Assembly: GCF_006345805.1 (NCBI RefSeq) | Contig: NC_043001.1 | Location: 39,928,001 to 39,992,000 of the forward strand | DNA: 64,000 bases | Direction of reading: 5' to 3' | Source of the DNA: Octopus sinensis | Lineage: Eukaryota | Part shown: positions 40,101 to 53,726 of the stretch, piece by piece | Position numbering within the stretch: position 1 is the stretch's first letter | Layout of the letters: each line of letters starts with the position of its first letter | Notes under the pieces: model-generated | Seen by the model: only the letters and a program-made list of their open reading frames with translations | Databases searched by the model: none | What the model was told of the DNA's origin: nothing | Translations under genes and position numbers: made by a program

Positions 40101-43100
40101 TATTACTGTCGCTGGCAGAATCTGGGTATGGGGGAAGAGAGAAAGGTGTAGTCATATCTAGCACATGAAGCACATGGGCTAGGGTACTACATAAACAGTC
40201 ACAGAGGATAGGAAGAGTAAGCATTTTTATATATTAGGGAAGAGAAATAAGGAAGATGGTAGTGTAGTATGCATAAGTGTTAATAATGGTACAGGTAGTA
40301 GGAACAAGAAGAGGTGAAGGCACATCGCAAACAAGCAAAACCCAAATTTCATGATAGAGATAGAAAAAAAGCATTGAAAAGAGCAATTTAGCATGAACTA
40401 GAAATGGCAAATTTAGCACATAATAACATAAAGTAGTACTGGATGATTGAATGCAGTAAATTTAAAAGAGAGGGAAGAAACAGAAATCAGTGATTATCTT
40501 AGCATGTTTCCCATTAATTATATTGGCGGTTTGATAGGAATGGAAGTGGCTGAAATAAGAGCCTGAAGCATTTATAGAAACAATGAGAAAAGGAAAACAA
40601 AAATCAAGAGAGAGATTGAAATAAGTAATGAAGAAGAGGGGATCAGTGTTTTTACATACATAGATGATGTTGAGGGAGAGAGAAAAGCATTAAAGAAAGC
40701 AATTTAACATGAGCTAGAGAAAAAAAAAAGAAACTTTGTAAAAAGAGCAAAATACACATACACACACACATGTATGTTTGTATACCATCCAAGAATCTAT
40801 AAATCAAAAGAAAGTAAGCACTCATGTATTTGTCAATAGAGTAGGTGCATTAATAAAGGTATACTATATTATAGATCCATGACAGCCAATCTTACCAGTT
40901 GCTTTCACACAGGTTATTATGGAATCAGACTACCTTCATCTGAGGCAACCAATATGGAAAATATGGAGGCTGTTCTTTGTTACTGAACATGAGAAAGTGT
41001 TACATCTGATTCATGGGGGCTGTGAAGAATACAAAACAATGTTGTGTAGGTAATCAAGACTGATAACAATTGTCTAAAAAACAAGAGCTGTATGAGTTTC
41101 AGCAAGTGACATAACTCTTGATGGATCCCCTTCTCAAGTGCCTCCAGTGACTTTGTTATACCTTTTTCACAGATTATTATAAATCTTCCATTGAGTGGGG
41201 AGCTGGTTTCCAACAAAGATACAAGGCTCCATCTTTGGGATGTAGTTAACACAGACAATTTCAGATTTGGGACTTGAGAAAAGTCTTGCATATTTTCACT
41301 GTTCCACTCACAGATTGGACTTATATTGTACGAATTAGTCAGTCAATTTCTCTTCCTGAAAATCCCTGAAAATTTGAGAGGAGTTTTGATGGGAATATTC
41401 CACCAGTATTCCTTGAGTTGGTATTTATGAATGCATTCCATAACAGGGATTTTCTAAGTTTATCTCAGGATAGTCTTTTTGGCGGATGACATTGTAAATT
41501 GTTTTAGCAACAACATCGTGCTGCATAGGGAGGTAGTACCATGACGCCATGTTAGGACAGCTGCTAATCACATGCATAATCTCTTCCACAGAAATATGAC
41601 ATAGCCTACACATGTGGTTGCACCTTGGGATTACAAAAGCATCACTGTCTCTCTTGTTCACCAAGTACTTTGTGGCAATCTCCTGTTCCTGTATTACAAA
41701 TGCATAACCTTCGAAGTGTAGTGGTTTTGTGTCCAAGAGAGGCAGCACTTTGTACCAATTCTACTATCTTCTTCGAGCTTCTGGGCAACATACTCATGCA
41801 TGGTCTTTTTTTTTTTTTTGTATGCTGAGTGCTTTCCATCCAGCCTGTCAACATCACTGTTTCTGTGGAAGTTCCCAATTGTTGTCAGGATTTTGTGGGC
41901 TTTGATATCTATAGAGTGGATTTCCTCTACAGACCAATCAAGTATCTCAAATGTTGGGATCTGCACTGGTACTGCAAATACATTGTGGAATATTGTTTTG
42001 TTGTAAGAGGAAAGTTCCAACTGCCATACTTTCCTAAGTCTGGTGTAATATTTTTGGGTCACTCTATCTTTATTCACTGTGCCTTCATATGATACATTTT
42101 CGTCTATGCCTAGGTACATGTAACATACTTTGTGTGGAACAGGAGAGATAGAGAGACCATTGATACACAGATTTTAGCATAAATCTTGAGGTCGTCTGCA
42201 AAGAAATTATGAGTTACATTGCTATTTCTAGGAGTTGAAGGCCCCAGCATGTAACTATTTGTTTTCTGCAGTAGGAACAGTAATGGATTCAGTGCCAAAA
42301 TGAAAAGAAGTACAGAAAGACTATCTCCCTGGAATATTCCCTTTGAAATGCCTATACTATTATAAACAATTATTCTGTTCTCAGTTGTAAGGGTTGTCCA
42401 TGTCTTTGCGAGTCTCTCTATAGCAACAGTTAAAGTATAGGTATTTTTGCCAGACGTAGGCACTTCAACAGCCATGAATGAGGGATGGAGTTGAATGTCT
42501 TCTTATAGTCAAGCCATACTGTCACAAGGTTTCTTGTTTATTAAAAGTTGTTTGGCACATCCCTACACCCGCTTCTTTCCACCAGCCTGCTCATCAGTTA
42601 CAATGTTGTTCAAATCACAATGGTCCTGGAGGAATTGGTTGAGGCAACTTGTGTACAATTTGTACATAATGTTTAGGCAAGCAATGGGCCTGTAGCTTCC
42701 TGCCATCTTGGTGATTTCATTTTTGGCAACAAGATTTGTCCCTGTTGTAGCAAGCCAGTTTGGTATATCAGTCTGACCTTCCATAGTCCTTTTAAACACA
42801 CTAGAGAAAAGTCTTGCATATTTTTACTATTCCACTTGCAGATTGTATTTGTAATGTGTGAGTTGGTTGATTTCTTTTTCTGAAAACTCTTGTTTATCCA
42901 GATTGTCACTTAATCATTTATTCACAAAACCAAATGCCTCAATTATTATTGGTATAAATGTGAATTTATAATCTGCCTATAAAAGCTGAAGGTTTTGAAT
43001 CAATTAGTTGTCCATAGTAATCCGCTTTATCTTTAATTTTCAAAAATATTTTCAGGTCAGCAAGACAGCTGTCCTCAATAACAGTACATACTTTTTCTTG

Positions 43101-46100
43101 TCTGTCCCAAACAATACTAGAAAAGCACTCAGAGAGTGCAGACCTCCGCCAAGCAGCTCATTTCCACCCATATACATGCATGCTGAAAATCAGCCAATTT
43201 CCCAAACCAACACTGGCAAAAACATAACCTCCATGGTGGGGGTAAAAAAACAATAACACAACCATATGATTTTTTTAAAAAACCTTTAGAAAGAGGAATC
43301 ATCCCAATAGTCAAGGCTTGTCATGTCATCCCCTGCAGACCTCCACCAAGCAGCTCATTTTAAGATAGATACATGAGTAAAATTACTAATAGATAAACGA
43401 AAATAAACTTAAGAAACAGCAACGTCACCATAGGTTATGTGGAAGTGATGAATGTGTTTTCAAGGGAGATAATCAAAGAGCGTAACATCAGTTCTCTCTG
43501 GTTCATCATAATCCTACAGGCCATCACAGAGAAGACTGACTGACCATGGAAACTCCTATATAATGATGATCTTGTTCGCATAACTGAATCTAAAAGGGAA
43601 TTAGAGAAACATTCCAAACCTAGAATCTAGAGATCTTAAGTGTAAGAGATACTTAGCAAAGATGAATGTTATTGTAAGTAGATAAGAAGATAGGTCACTA
43701 ATATCTTCAGGGAAACAACTTTGCTTGAAATGCAAAAAAAGAATAGGTTTAAGCTCCATATGCTATTCCTAATGTAAGCTTTGAACAAACAAAAGGTGTA
43801 CTGAAATCTCAGGCACACTAACAGAGAGTGCAAACTTCATACATGATAGATGCACTGGAGCTGTTCATTCTATGAGAATTCAAGAAATATATTTCTCATC
43901 AATGTTTACATGGCTCATAAAAAGTTGTTGATAGCTTTTGTTACCTAGATGTAATTAGCAGAAGTAGTGGCTCTGAAATTTTAGTAGCCAGAGTGAGAAC
44001 AGGCTGGAGAAATTTCAAGGTGCTAGTACTATTACAGCTGCTCGTAACGAAGGTCTTCTCCCTCAAAGTGAAGGGCAAATTGCATGATGCTCATGTTAGA
44101 ACAGCTTTACTGGATGGTAGTATGACATAGCCTTATAATGCTAAGAACTTGAATAGACTCGAAATGAAGGAAACTCATATGCTCCCTTGGATAAGCAATT
44201 TAAATGTGCCTGAAGGACGTAGTACAAATGTGCTGACAGGAAAATTGAGCATAAGAGGAATCAGATGTAGTGTGAAAGAAAGAAGACTGTGCTGTCATGG
44301 ACATGTGAGGCATATGGATGAAGACAGTAGTATAACAATTACTTAATGTTGATGAGGTTTATGGAAGAAAGATATCCAGGAGGATGGGGTGAAATGGTGA
44401 AGGCTAATCTCAGGGCCTTAATTTTCATGGAGATGACAAAGAATCACGACGACTGGTGATACGTGGTTCTTGAGAAACCTGCCCAACTTGGCAAACCTAA
44501 GTTCTGGAAGCTCTTCATCCAATTTTATCTTCAACTGAGCCGTTCATTCAATTTCATTCTCAAGACACCCCTACCACCCATCACCTCATTAACTGCAGCT
44601 TTCATTGATACCACTATTCTTTTTCACTATCCAATACTATTTCACTTGGTATCCATCCTTCATCCTTAATAATGTCTTCTACATCTTACATTGATCACTC
44701 CCTGAGCCACCAAATTATCTCTCCTTCCGTTTGCTATCGATGCAGGCAGACAGGGCACATTGCCCGTGATTGCGACCAGGGAAATGACCGCAGGGAAGTT
44801 GCTGCCTCTCGAACTTTCCCCGCAAACGAGTAGAGGCGCTATTGGAGACGCTGCCATTGATTGACGTGGAGGCCGAGGGGGAGACGTTCAAAGCCCTTGT
44901 GGATACGGGCTGTACGACCACCCTGGTGACTTTGAGGGTAACGAAGGAATGGAACAGGGTGAGTAGTGCCCAGGCGGTTGACAGCAGCGAAATCCGTTGC
45001 AGAGGCAGCAGCAACGTAGAGATAGTGGTGCGCGGTGCGACGCTAAGGCTGCAGGCAATTGTGGCCGAACGCGTGATAGATGGAGTTGATGTGGTGATGG
45101 GGATGGACACCATCAACTGCCTTAGTGGCATCAGTGTTGTAGGAAATGAGGTCACGTTCGGAAGCGTGGGGGCGTCGTGCACTGTGAGTCAGGATCGCCA
45201 GAGAGAGCAGAGCCCCGCGAGGGACTGCGCCGCTTACACCATCGAGGACAAAGACTTTCAGGCGGCGTTCGATGGTCAGCGGTGGACAATAGATGGAAGG
45301 ACGAGTCCCCGACGCTGGAAAACAGGATGAGCTGTTACCAGCATACCCTGAAAGGCCACGCCAGGGTCGAGTTTGAAGACGAGGTGGAGAGGTGGATCGA
45401 GGAATGGGTCCTTGTCCCTTGGAAGGAGGAGGTAGCGGGCGAAGTGCTACCCCTGATGGCGGTGGTGCAGCCTACGAAGGGAAAAGTCAGACCGGTGCTG
45501 GACTTCAGGGAGCTAAACCAGCACATATCGTGTCACACGGGAGGTGAGGCGACAGACGTTTGTGGCGAGGCATTACGTAAGTGGAGACAGTTGACTGAGG
45601 CGGTGACGATTGTCGACTTGAGATCGGCATACTTGCAGCTCCATGTGAGTGACAAACTGTGGCGATATCAGCTGGTGCGGTACAAGGGCCGGACGTACTG
45701 TCTAACCAGGCTGGGTTTCAGGCTGAATTCCGCTCCGAAGATCATGGCGGCAGTGCTTAGGTCCATCCTAGGGAAAGACAGCAAGATTAGAAAAGCCACC
45801 AGCTCCTACATTGACGACATTTTGGTGGACGAAACTGTAGTGCCAGCCGATGAGGTAGTTAGACATCTGGAGAAGTTCGGACTGATTGCTAAGCCACCGG
45901 AGTCGATTGAAGGGGGAGCCGCGCTGGGGCTGAAGCTGCGAAGAGATGGATCAGGTGAATTGGTGTTCCGGAGAGGAAATGAAATCCCAGAGCTGAGTTC
46001 CAGCGTCAGCAGGAGAGAGCTGTTCTTGGTGTGTGGGAAGTTGGTCGGTCACTACCCAATCACTGGATGGCTGTGCACGGCGTGTAGTTACACCAAGAGA

Positions 46101-49100
46101 CGAGCAGAAGGATAGAGGTGGGGCGACAAGGTGGGAGAAGGGACGGTGGTGATGATGCAGGAAATCCTAGAGAGGACAAGAGCGGAAGACCCGGTCAGGG
46201 GGAACTGGTACGTGCCCAAGACGGAATGCAGGACCGTCTGGTGTGATGCTAGCAGTATAGCGATAGGGGTGGTGTTGGCAATCGAAGGCGCTGCGGTGGA
46301 GGACGTGGCCTGGCTTCGGAAAGCAGATGATTTCAACCACATCAATGTCGCCGAATTAGACGCGCTGCTGAAAGGGGTGAACTTGGCCTTAAAATGGGGG
46401 CTGCGCACGATTGAAATCCGGACGGATTCGGCCACTGTGCTTGGCTGGGTAGGATCGGTGATCACCGGTGACAGGAGAGTGCGGACGAAAGGTGCTGCGG
46501 AGATGTTAGTGAAGTGCCGTCTAGGAGTTCTAGGAGAATTGATCGCCGAGTTCGCACTGAAGCTGAATGTGGTTTTCGTGCCTTCGGAGAAAAACAGGGC
46601 AGACATACTGACCAGAGTGAAAAGAGCGTGGTTGGAAGAACCGGAGGAGGCCCGGAAAGGGATAGCTGCGGCGTGTCGGTTGGATGACTCTGAACTAAAG
46701 AAACTGCATGCTATGCATCACCTGGGTGTGGACAGGACCCTGTATCTGGCAAAGAAAATTGATGCTGACGTCACTAGGAGAAGCGTCCGGAAGGTGTTTG
46801 GGAGCTGCGACAGGTGTCAGTCCATCGACCCTGCTCCATGTGGGCATGAACAGGGAAGCCTTTCCATGGAGCAGAACTGGAAAAGGCTAGCTGTGGATGT
46901 GACACACAACCGTCAGCGAATGTATCTCTCCATGGTCGACTGCGGGCCGGGCCGGCTGGCCATTTGGAGGGAGTTGAGATCGGGCATTGCTGACGAGATT
47001 GTGCAGATCCTGAATGGGATATTTTTAGAGAGAGGTCCCGTGGAAGAACTACTGATGGACAATGGGGTGGCGCTTCATTCGGAAGTATTGAGGGTTATGC
47101 TTGATCGGTGGAATGTGCGATGCTTGTTCAGAGCAGCGTATAGGCCGAGCGGTAACGAGATCGTAGAGAGGCACCATCGGACAGTCAAGGCCATAGCGGA
47201 AAGAGGGCACATTTCGCCGCTTGAAGCAGTTTTTTGGTACAACTTGTCTCCCCGATCCACACAGGCTGAGGAATCTGTGCCGCAGAGAGCTGTGTTCAAA
47301 TATGAATGGAGGCACCCGAAAAAAGTGCCGGAGGGTCACGAGGAAGAGAAGGGACCCGTTCGCGTGAAAATAGGGGAGGAAGTCTGGGTCAAGCCACCAA
47401 AGGCGTGCTGTACGTCTCAATGGAGCAGAGGAACGGTGATGGCAATCAATTCCAGAAACAACGTATCCGTAGATGGAACACCACGACACATCTTGGACCG
47501 TCGCAGGATTGTCGCTTCGACGGACGATGATTCTGGAGAGGGGGAGAAGGAGGAGCCCAGCTTGAGAAGGTCTCGACGAGCAAGGCGCTCTCCCGGTTGG
47601 ATGGTGGACTACGACATGGAGCGGAGATTGTGATCTTTAAGATCAGGGTGGTGTGTGGGATGACGTCAGCAGCTGGACGTCAGCAGCTGGACGTCAGCAG
47701 CTGGGTGCGTTGACCGGAAGCTGGGGCAACCGGAAGGGGTCAGCCATCAGGCGTGCGCAGAGAGCAGTCAATTGGGCTTTTCCAATGTGGGTCGTGCAGG
47801 TGAGAAGACGTGTGAGGACGTCGCTAAGGGTTTGGACTAGCAGCTGCTATCGTTAGTGTTCGGGTCGGGGCTGTGTGGAAGGACTAGTTACCACTGGAGG
47901 GTCTCCGTCACTAAGAAGAGAAGGTAGATGCCTTTATATTCAAATCGCGCACACACTACACACCACCATACGTTACTCCCTCTCTTCATGTACTATGCAT
48001 GCCTCTTTCTTCCCCTCCCACACACCACTCATTCATCATCTCTCTCTTTCATTCTCTTCCCTCTTGTCTCTCTCCCTCTCCCTCTCTCTCTCTCTCTCAT
48101 CCCTTTCTCTGTCTACTGTATCATCATTACTAACTAGTCTACTACTCTTCACCTCATGCATAATTGTTCCACCTTCCACTCATTATTCATTATTCCCTAC
48201 ACCCACTCCTCAATGCTTGTTCCTCCTTCATTATATTCACACACGCCCCACCTCCACCCATTCCTCATCTATAGCTGTCCCAAACACTCTTGCAATTTGT
48301 ACCTCCTGGTTCTTCCGTCCCCACTCACTTCTATTCATCTTGTAGCTTGAGTGTGAGAGCATCCATCTGTAAAACATTGCTTCAGTAATATGCATTCATT
48401 TCACCAATGCTACATTGGAAAACTGTGAATAAAATGAATATATACACACACACATATACACATGGGCTGTCTGGAGTAAACGTTATCTGAGAGAAATTTT
48501 CTTTAAGTTGTAGAAATGCTAAGAAAATTTTTTTTGGCTGCTATTTCTACTAAGTTCAGTATGTGGCAAAGTAATTTATTTTACTAAGCCCTAATTATAT
48601 AATGTAAAATTTTGAATTCGCCTTAAATGGTCCTTTTACATACTGAACACTTGGTGAAATTGATTAATTAATTAATTTTACCCTCAATTGTTGATATTAT
48701 AATTCATTTCTCTCGGTCATACTGCCTCGGTTCTCGCGGTTAAAATATAATGTTTGCTAGATAGACCACGTGGGTGGAAGCGGATTGAAGAAATTTACGC
48801 CTGCGCATTTTGAATTTGTTGACACTGTTAGTCGGAGTGGTTCATCTGAAGCGATAAGTTCGCTGATAGGTAAAGTTCCTTCTTTTTAGTGTTTCCAAAT
48901 CCAAATTAAGAAATTTTGAGCTGACGATAGAAATGCTGATTTTATTTGGCTAATCTTGAAACGTTGACGTACTCAAACGATCTATGTACTTGTGATATTT
49001 TTCTGTATTTACCTCCAAACCTTCGTGGGCTGTCTGGAGTAAACGTTATCTGAGAGAAATTTTCTTTAAGTTGTAGAAATGCTAAGAAAATTTTTTTTGG

Positions 49101-49158
49101 CTGCTATTTCTACTAAGTTCAGTATGTGGCAAAGTAATTTATTTTACTAAGCCCTAAT

Positions 49159-49197
<39 letters not shown>

Positions 49198-49432
49198 TCT
49201 TTATTAGCCACAAGGGGCTAAACATAGAGGGGATAAATAAGGACAGACAAACGAATTAAGTCGATTACATCGACCCCAGTGTGTAACTGGTACTTAATTT
49301 ATCGACCCCGAAAGGAGGAAAGGCAAAGTCGACCTCGGCGGAATTTGAACTCAGAACGTAACGACAGATGAAATACGGCTACGCATTTCGCCCGGCATGC
49401 TAACGTTTCTGCCAATCTCACCGTTGTTCATC

Positions 49433-49482
<50 letters not shown>

Positions 49483-52400
49483 TATGTAGTGGTTAAGTGT
49501 GTATGTAAACAAATACATAAACTGTTTCATGATTGAAAGGAATTTATTTACAGGGTTATAGGTACACTACATACAAATGTAGGCAACTGCTACTAGTTGC
49601 TTGAATAGAGCACATATTAGAAATGAATATGTTTGTGTGTGTGTGTGCGTGTGTGCGTGTAGTCGATCGGCACTTCAAGCATTTCTCTCTGTCTCTGTCG
49701 TCTGCCAAAACTTGGGTCGTAGATAGATCTATCTCATGTGTCTGCTCCCGTCTCTGCTCCAATTGTCTGCTTGCCTTTCTGTTTCACCCTTGTATCTATA
49801 ATATTTGCAACAGCTAGAAAAACAGACATACTGCAGCAGAGTTACTACCTATTTAGGTCAGCACTTGTCCAGTTGAACTTCACCTGACATGGCTGAGGTC
49901 GCAGGTCAAAGGGAGATGATCAATCACTTTTTGACAGAACAAAGCAAGCCTTCTTTTCACGCCTTTGGTTGTCCTGGTTTGGGCAACCGAGGATTCTTGG
50001 ATTCGATTTTGAATCTAGGCTTAGAGAAGGAAGTGCTAATTCTTACATATATACATACAATATTAGATATGTACATATATATATATATATATATATGGAA
50101 GGGCATCCAGCTGTAGAAACATTGCCAGATTAGACTGGAGCCTGGTGCAGCCTTCTGGCTTCCCAGAACCCCGGTCGAACCGTCCAACCCATGCTAGCAT
50201 GGAGAACGGACGTTAAACGACGATGATGATGATGATATATATATATATATATATATTTATAAGAGTACTACATGAGTACCTATATCACTAAAAATAGAAG
50301 TCAAAAAATACTTGTACCACTGAATAGTCACGAATCTATTACAGACATGACAGGAAAAAATATCAGGGAACAATAATAATGTCTTATCTCTACTGGGTCA
50401 GAACAAGTAAATCCTGGTCAACTTGGTACCGGTTTTGAAATTTAGCGCCAAATAGGTACCTCATTTCTCCACAACCAAAGTCTGCCAGCTAAATTACTAC
50501 TAAAATTCTCCCCTATCATGCTTCCAAAAGTTCGTTTGAAGTGACCAAGCACTATAGGAACAAACGAAATGTGAAAAATTATTTATAAATAAATATAGGG
50601 ATGGTATTATTAAAATACCATCACAAGTGGCAAGCGAATTATCAGCCATACAGGCAAATTAATCAACTATATACATGCAACATTAGATATGTACATATAT
50701 ACACAAGGGTATATATGTACATGAGTACCTATATCGCTAAAAATAGAAGTCAAAAAACACTTCTGTACCACTGAATAGTCACAAATCTGTTATGACCAGA
50801 ATTTACTTGTTCTGACCCAGTAGTGGTAAGACATAACTATTGTTCATTGATATTTTTTCCTATCATGTCTGTAATAGATTTGTGACTTAACTATACAGAT
50901 GACTAGACTATTTTCTGTACATTCCTAGTGTTTATTGTACCTGCACATCTGCCATACTTTCTCTGTTAACCTTCTTCTGATACTGCTGCATCTTTTATGT
51001 GTCCATAGCTTGTACTGGGAACATGCTATGGAGTTTCTACCAACACCTTTTCTACATACCAAGCTGGGCCATTTTGCTGAAGGGATTTGTGATTTGTTTG
51101 TTTTCCTACTTACTAGAACTTTGGTCTTTGCTAAATTAAGGCTCTTTAATTCCAGGCTCTTTGATTACAGACCTTGCTTCCACATCTGAAATTTCTTCTC
51201 TAGTTCTGGTAATGGTTCAGCTATAAGAACAAGGTCATCAGCATAGAGGAGCTTCTAAGGGTAGCTCATCTTAAATTTCTCTATTATGGTCTGAATGACT
51301 ATGATGAACAACTGAGGCTGAGAACCGATCCTTGGTGAACTCCTACGTGTACACTGTTATACTCAATGCTGACTTTCACCTTACTGACAGCACTGTACAT
51401 AGCTTGCCCAGTTTCCATCAACCATAGCCTCAGCATTAACCAAATAAGAGAGTAGGGGATCCTGTCAAAGGCTTTCTCTGTGTCAACAAAAGCAAACTAC
51501 AGAGAGTTTTGTGGCTAAATACTTCTGCAGTTGCTCCATCAAGAAGATAGCATCAGTTGTGCTTCTCCCTGGCACAAAACCAAACTGCATCTCATCTAAG
51601 CTAACTCTTCGTAATTACTTGAGCTATAACCCTTTCCATAACTTTCATGGCCTAGTCCAGCTACTTATCTTTGTAAGGCAGCTGTAAGATATCTGTCTAA
51701 GGCATCACCTTTCCCTTTGTAGCAGTTGACTATAATGCTGCTGCTACACCAATCATTAACAACCCTCATGGACAACCTGTATTCTAAGCATCTCAGTAGT
51801 GATTCTTAATGAGCCAGGGATTTTCCCTGTCTTCATATCCTTAATTGCTTTATCCACTAAGCTACCACCAATTCAGATTGCTGGTCCCTCTGTTAAGCAG
51901 ACTCTCTTTTTGCCATGTGTTCTCTACATTTAGCAGTCTTTCATAATGACACTTCCTATACTCTTTCTTTTCAGAATCACTAACTGTAAATGAACCATCA
52001 TCCATGTGAACACACTTTTCTCCTGCAACATCACAATTTTCCCGGACACACTGTCTTGCAAACTGAAACACTTCAAGTTGCTCATAATGCAAAACATTGG
52101 CAAACTTCTTCCTTTCTGCTTCTCCATTGGCTAAATATACCTGTCTCCTAGCTTCCCATTAGCAACTGGGTATAGTTCTTTGCTACTGCTATCTTTCCAG
52201 TCCTGTTTCTTTACTCTAATGGCCCTGTCAATTACACTGTTCTACCACCATGTCACCCTAGGTTTGGTTAGGACTTTACACCAGCCTAAAATTTGGTCTG
52301 TGGCTTTCAGTAAGTTGTCTCATAGGAACTTCCAATTGTCCTCTGTTATACATCAGTAACTCCTTCTCCTCATTAAATGTTTCAGTTAGAACATCTCTAA

Positions 52401-53668
52401 ATCTCTGACTATTCAAAGGATCCTTAAGTTTCCTGAATCTACTTTTCCATATTGGCTTGCTTCTTGGAATCCTTCTAACCTGTAGTCTGAAGTTGCTAAT
52501 GACTAACCTATGCTGAGGTGTACATTCTTCACCCAGGAAGGTCTTTGCATTTATGAGCAAACACATGTCTCATGCTTCGGTAAGGATGTAGTCAATCTGG
52601 CTAGCTTGGCTTCCAGATTTATAGGTTATCAGGTGAATGGCTGGCTTCCTGAAGTTTGTGGTGCAGATCATTAGGTTATATGCATCATGGAACTTCAGAA
52701 GCCTTGTTTCCTCATCATCATGGGTACCAACTCCATTGCCACAATATGCACCACAGAAGACACCCAATTGCTGTCAACATGTCCATTGAGGTCACCAGTC
52801 ATAAAGAGATGGTCACTGTCATTTGTCTTCAACAAAAGAAGATTTTATGCTTGTTTTTTGCCTGTAAGGAACCTGCATGAAACACCACCAGAACTATCTC
52901 ACACACACATACCTTACCTCTTGAATGCAGCACACATCCATTCAAACATCTCAACAATCTCACCAGATCTACCTTTCAATATGACTACACTGACAGTGCC
53001 AACTCTAAGGATGTGACTGGAGAGGAGGGAGGAAACAGGGAGAAGCGGGGCTGTATTCAACATTTGAAAAGAAGTTTTTAACAAGCATTTGCCAACAGAC
53101 ATGTTTTAACAGTTTCCTCACATTTCATCTATCATCATTCATTCGTATAAAAAATAATTGAGTGCTTTACAACATTGTTAATACAAAGGTAAATGAATAA
53201 ATAAAAGATAGTTAATTAATGAATTAATTGAAAGGTACTCTTCAATCAGATTTTGGTGCAAAGAGTACAAACTGTGCTGTGTATATTGCAGTAATGTGAA
53301 TGAGAGACTGAGAAAGGAGGGGGGAAGAAGAATTCTCATAAGAGGTTTTGGTACAAGAGAGATGTTTCCTGTATAGGTGGTAGGAGGAAGAATAAGTGGA
53401 TGCATCATGCGTAATGAAATGTCTAAACTACTACAGGACATGCTCATTTCCAGAGCAGAGGCGGTAATGAAGAAGATAAGATATTTTCATAGAGACAGTA
53501 ATGATGAAATGAAGAAACAGTGTATTAGATGCAAAAAAGCAGATTAATGATGTACAATTAAAGGCAAAGAAGGAAAACAACTTAGCTGGTCATTTTCATC
53601 TCACATGGGGAAATGTAACAACTAGAGAAAAACCAAATGAACTTTTGGGGCCAACCCTATATATATAA

Positions 53669-53726
<58 letters not shown>

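Noticed and set aside
47662-47703. CRISPR-like repeat
   Set aside because: Contiguous tandem units with no spacers, in eukaryotic LTR context.
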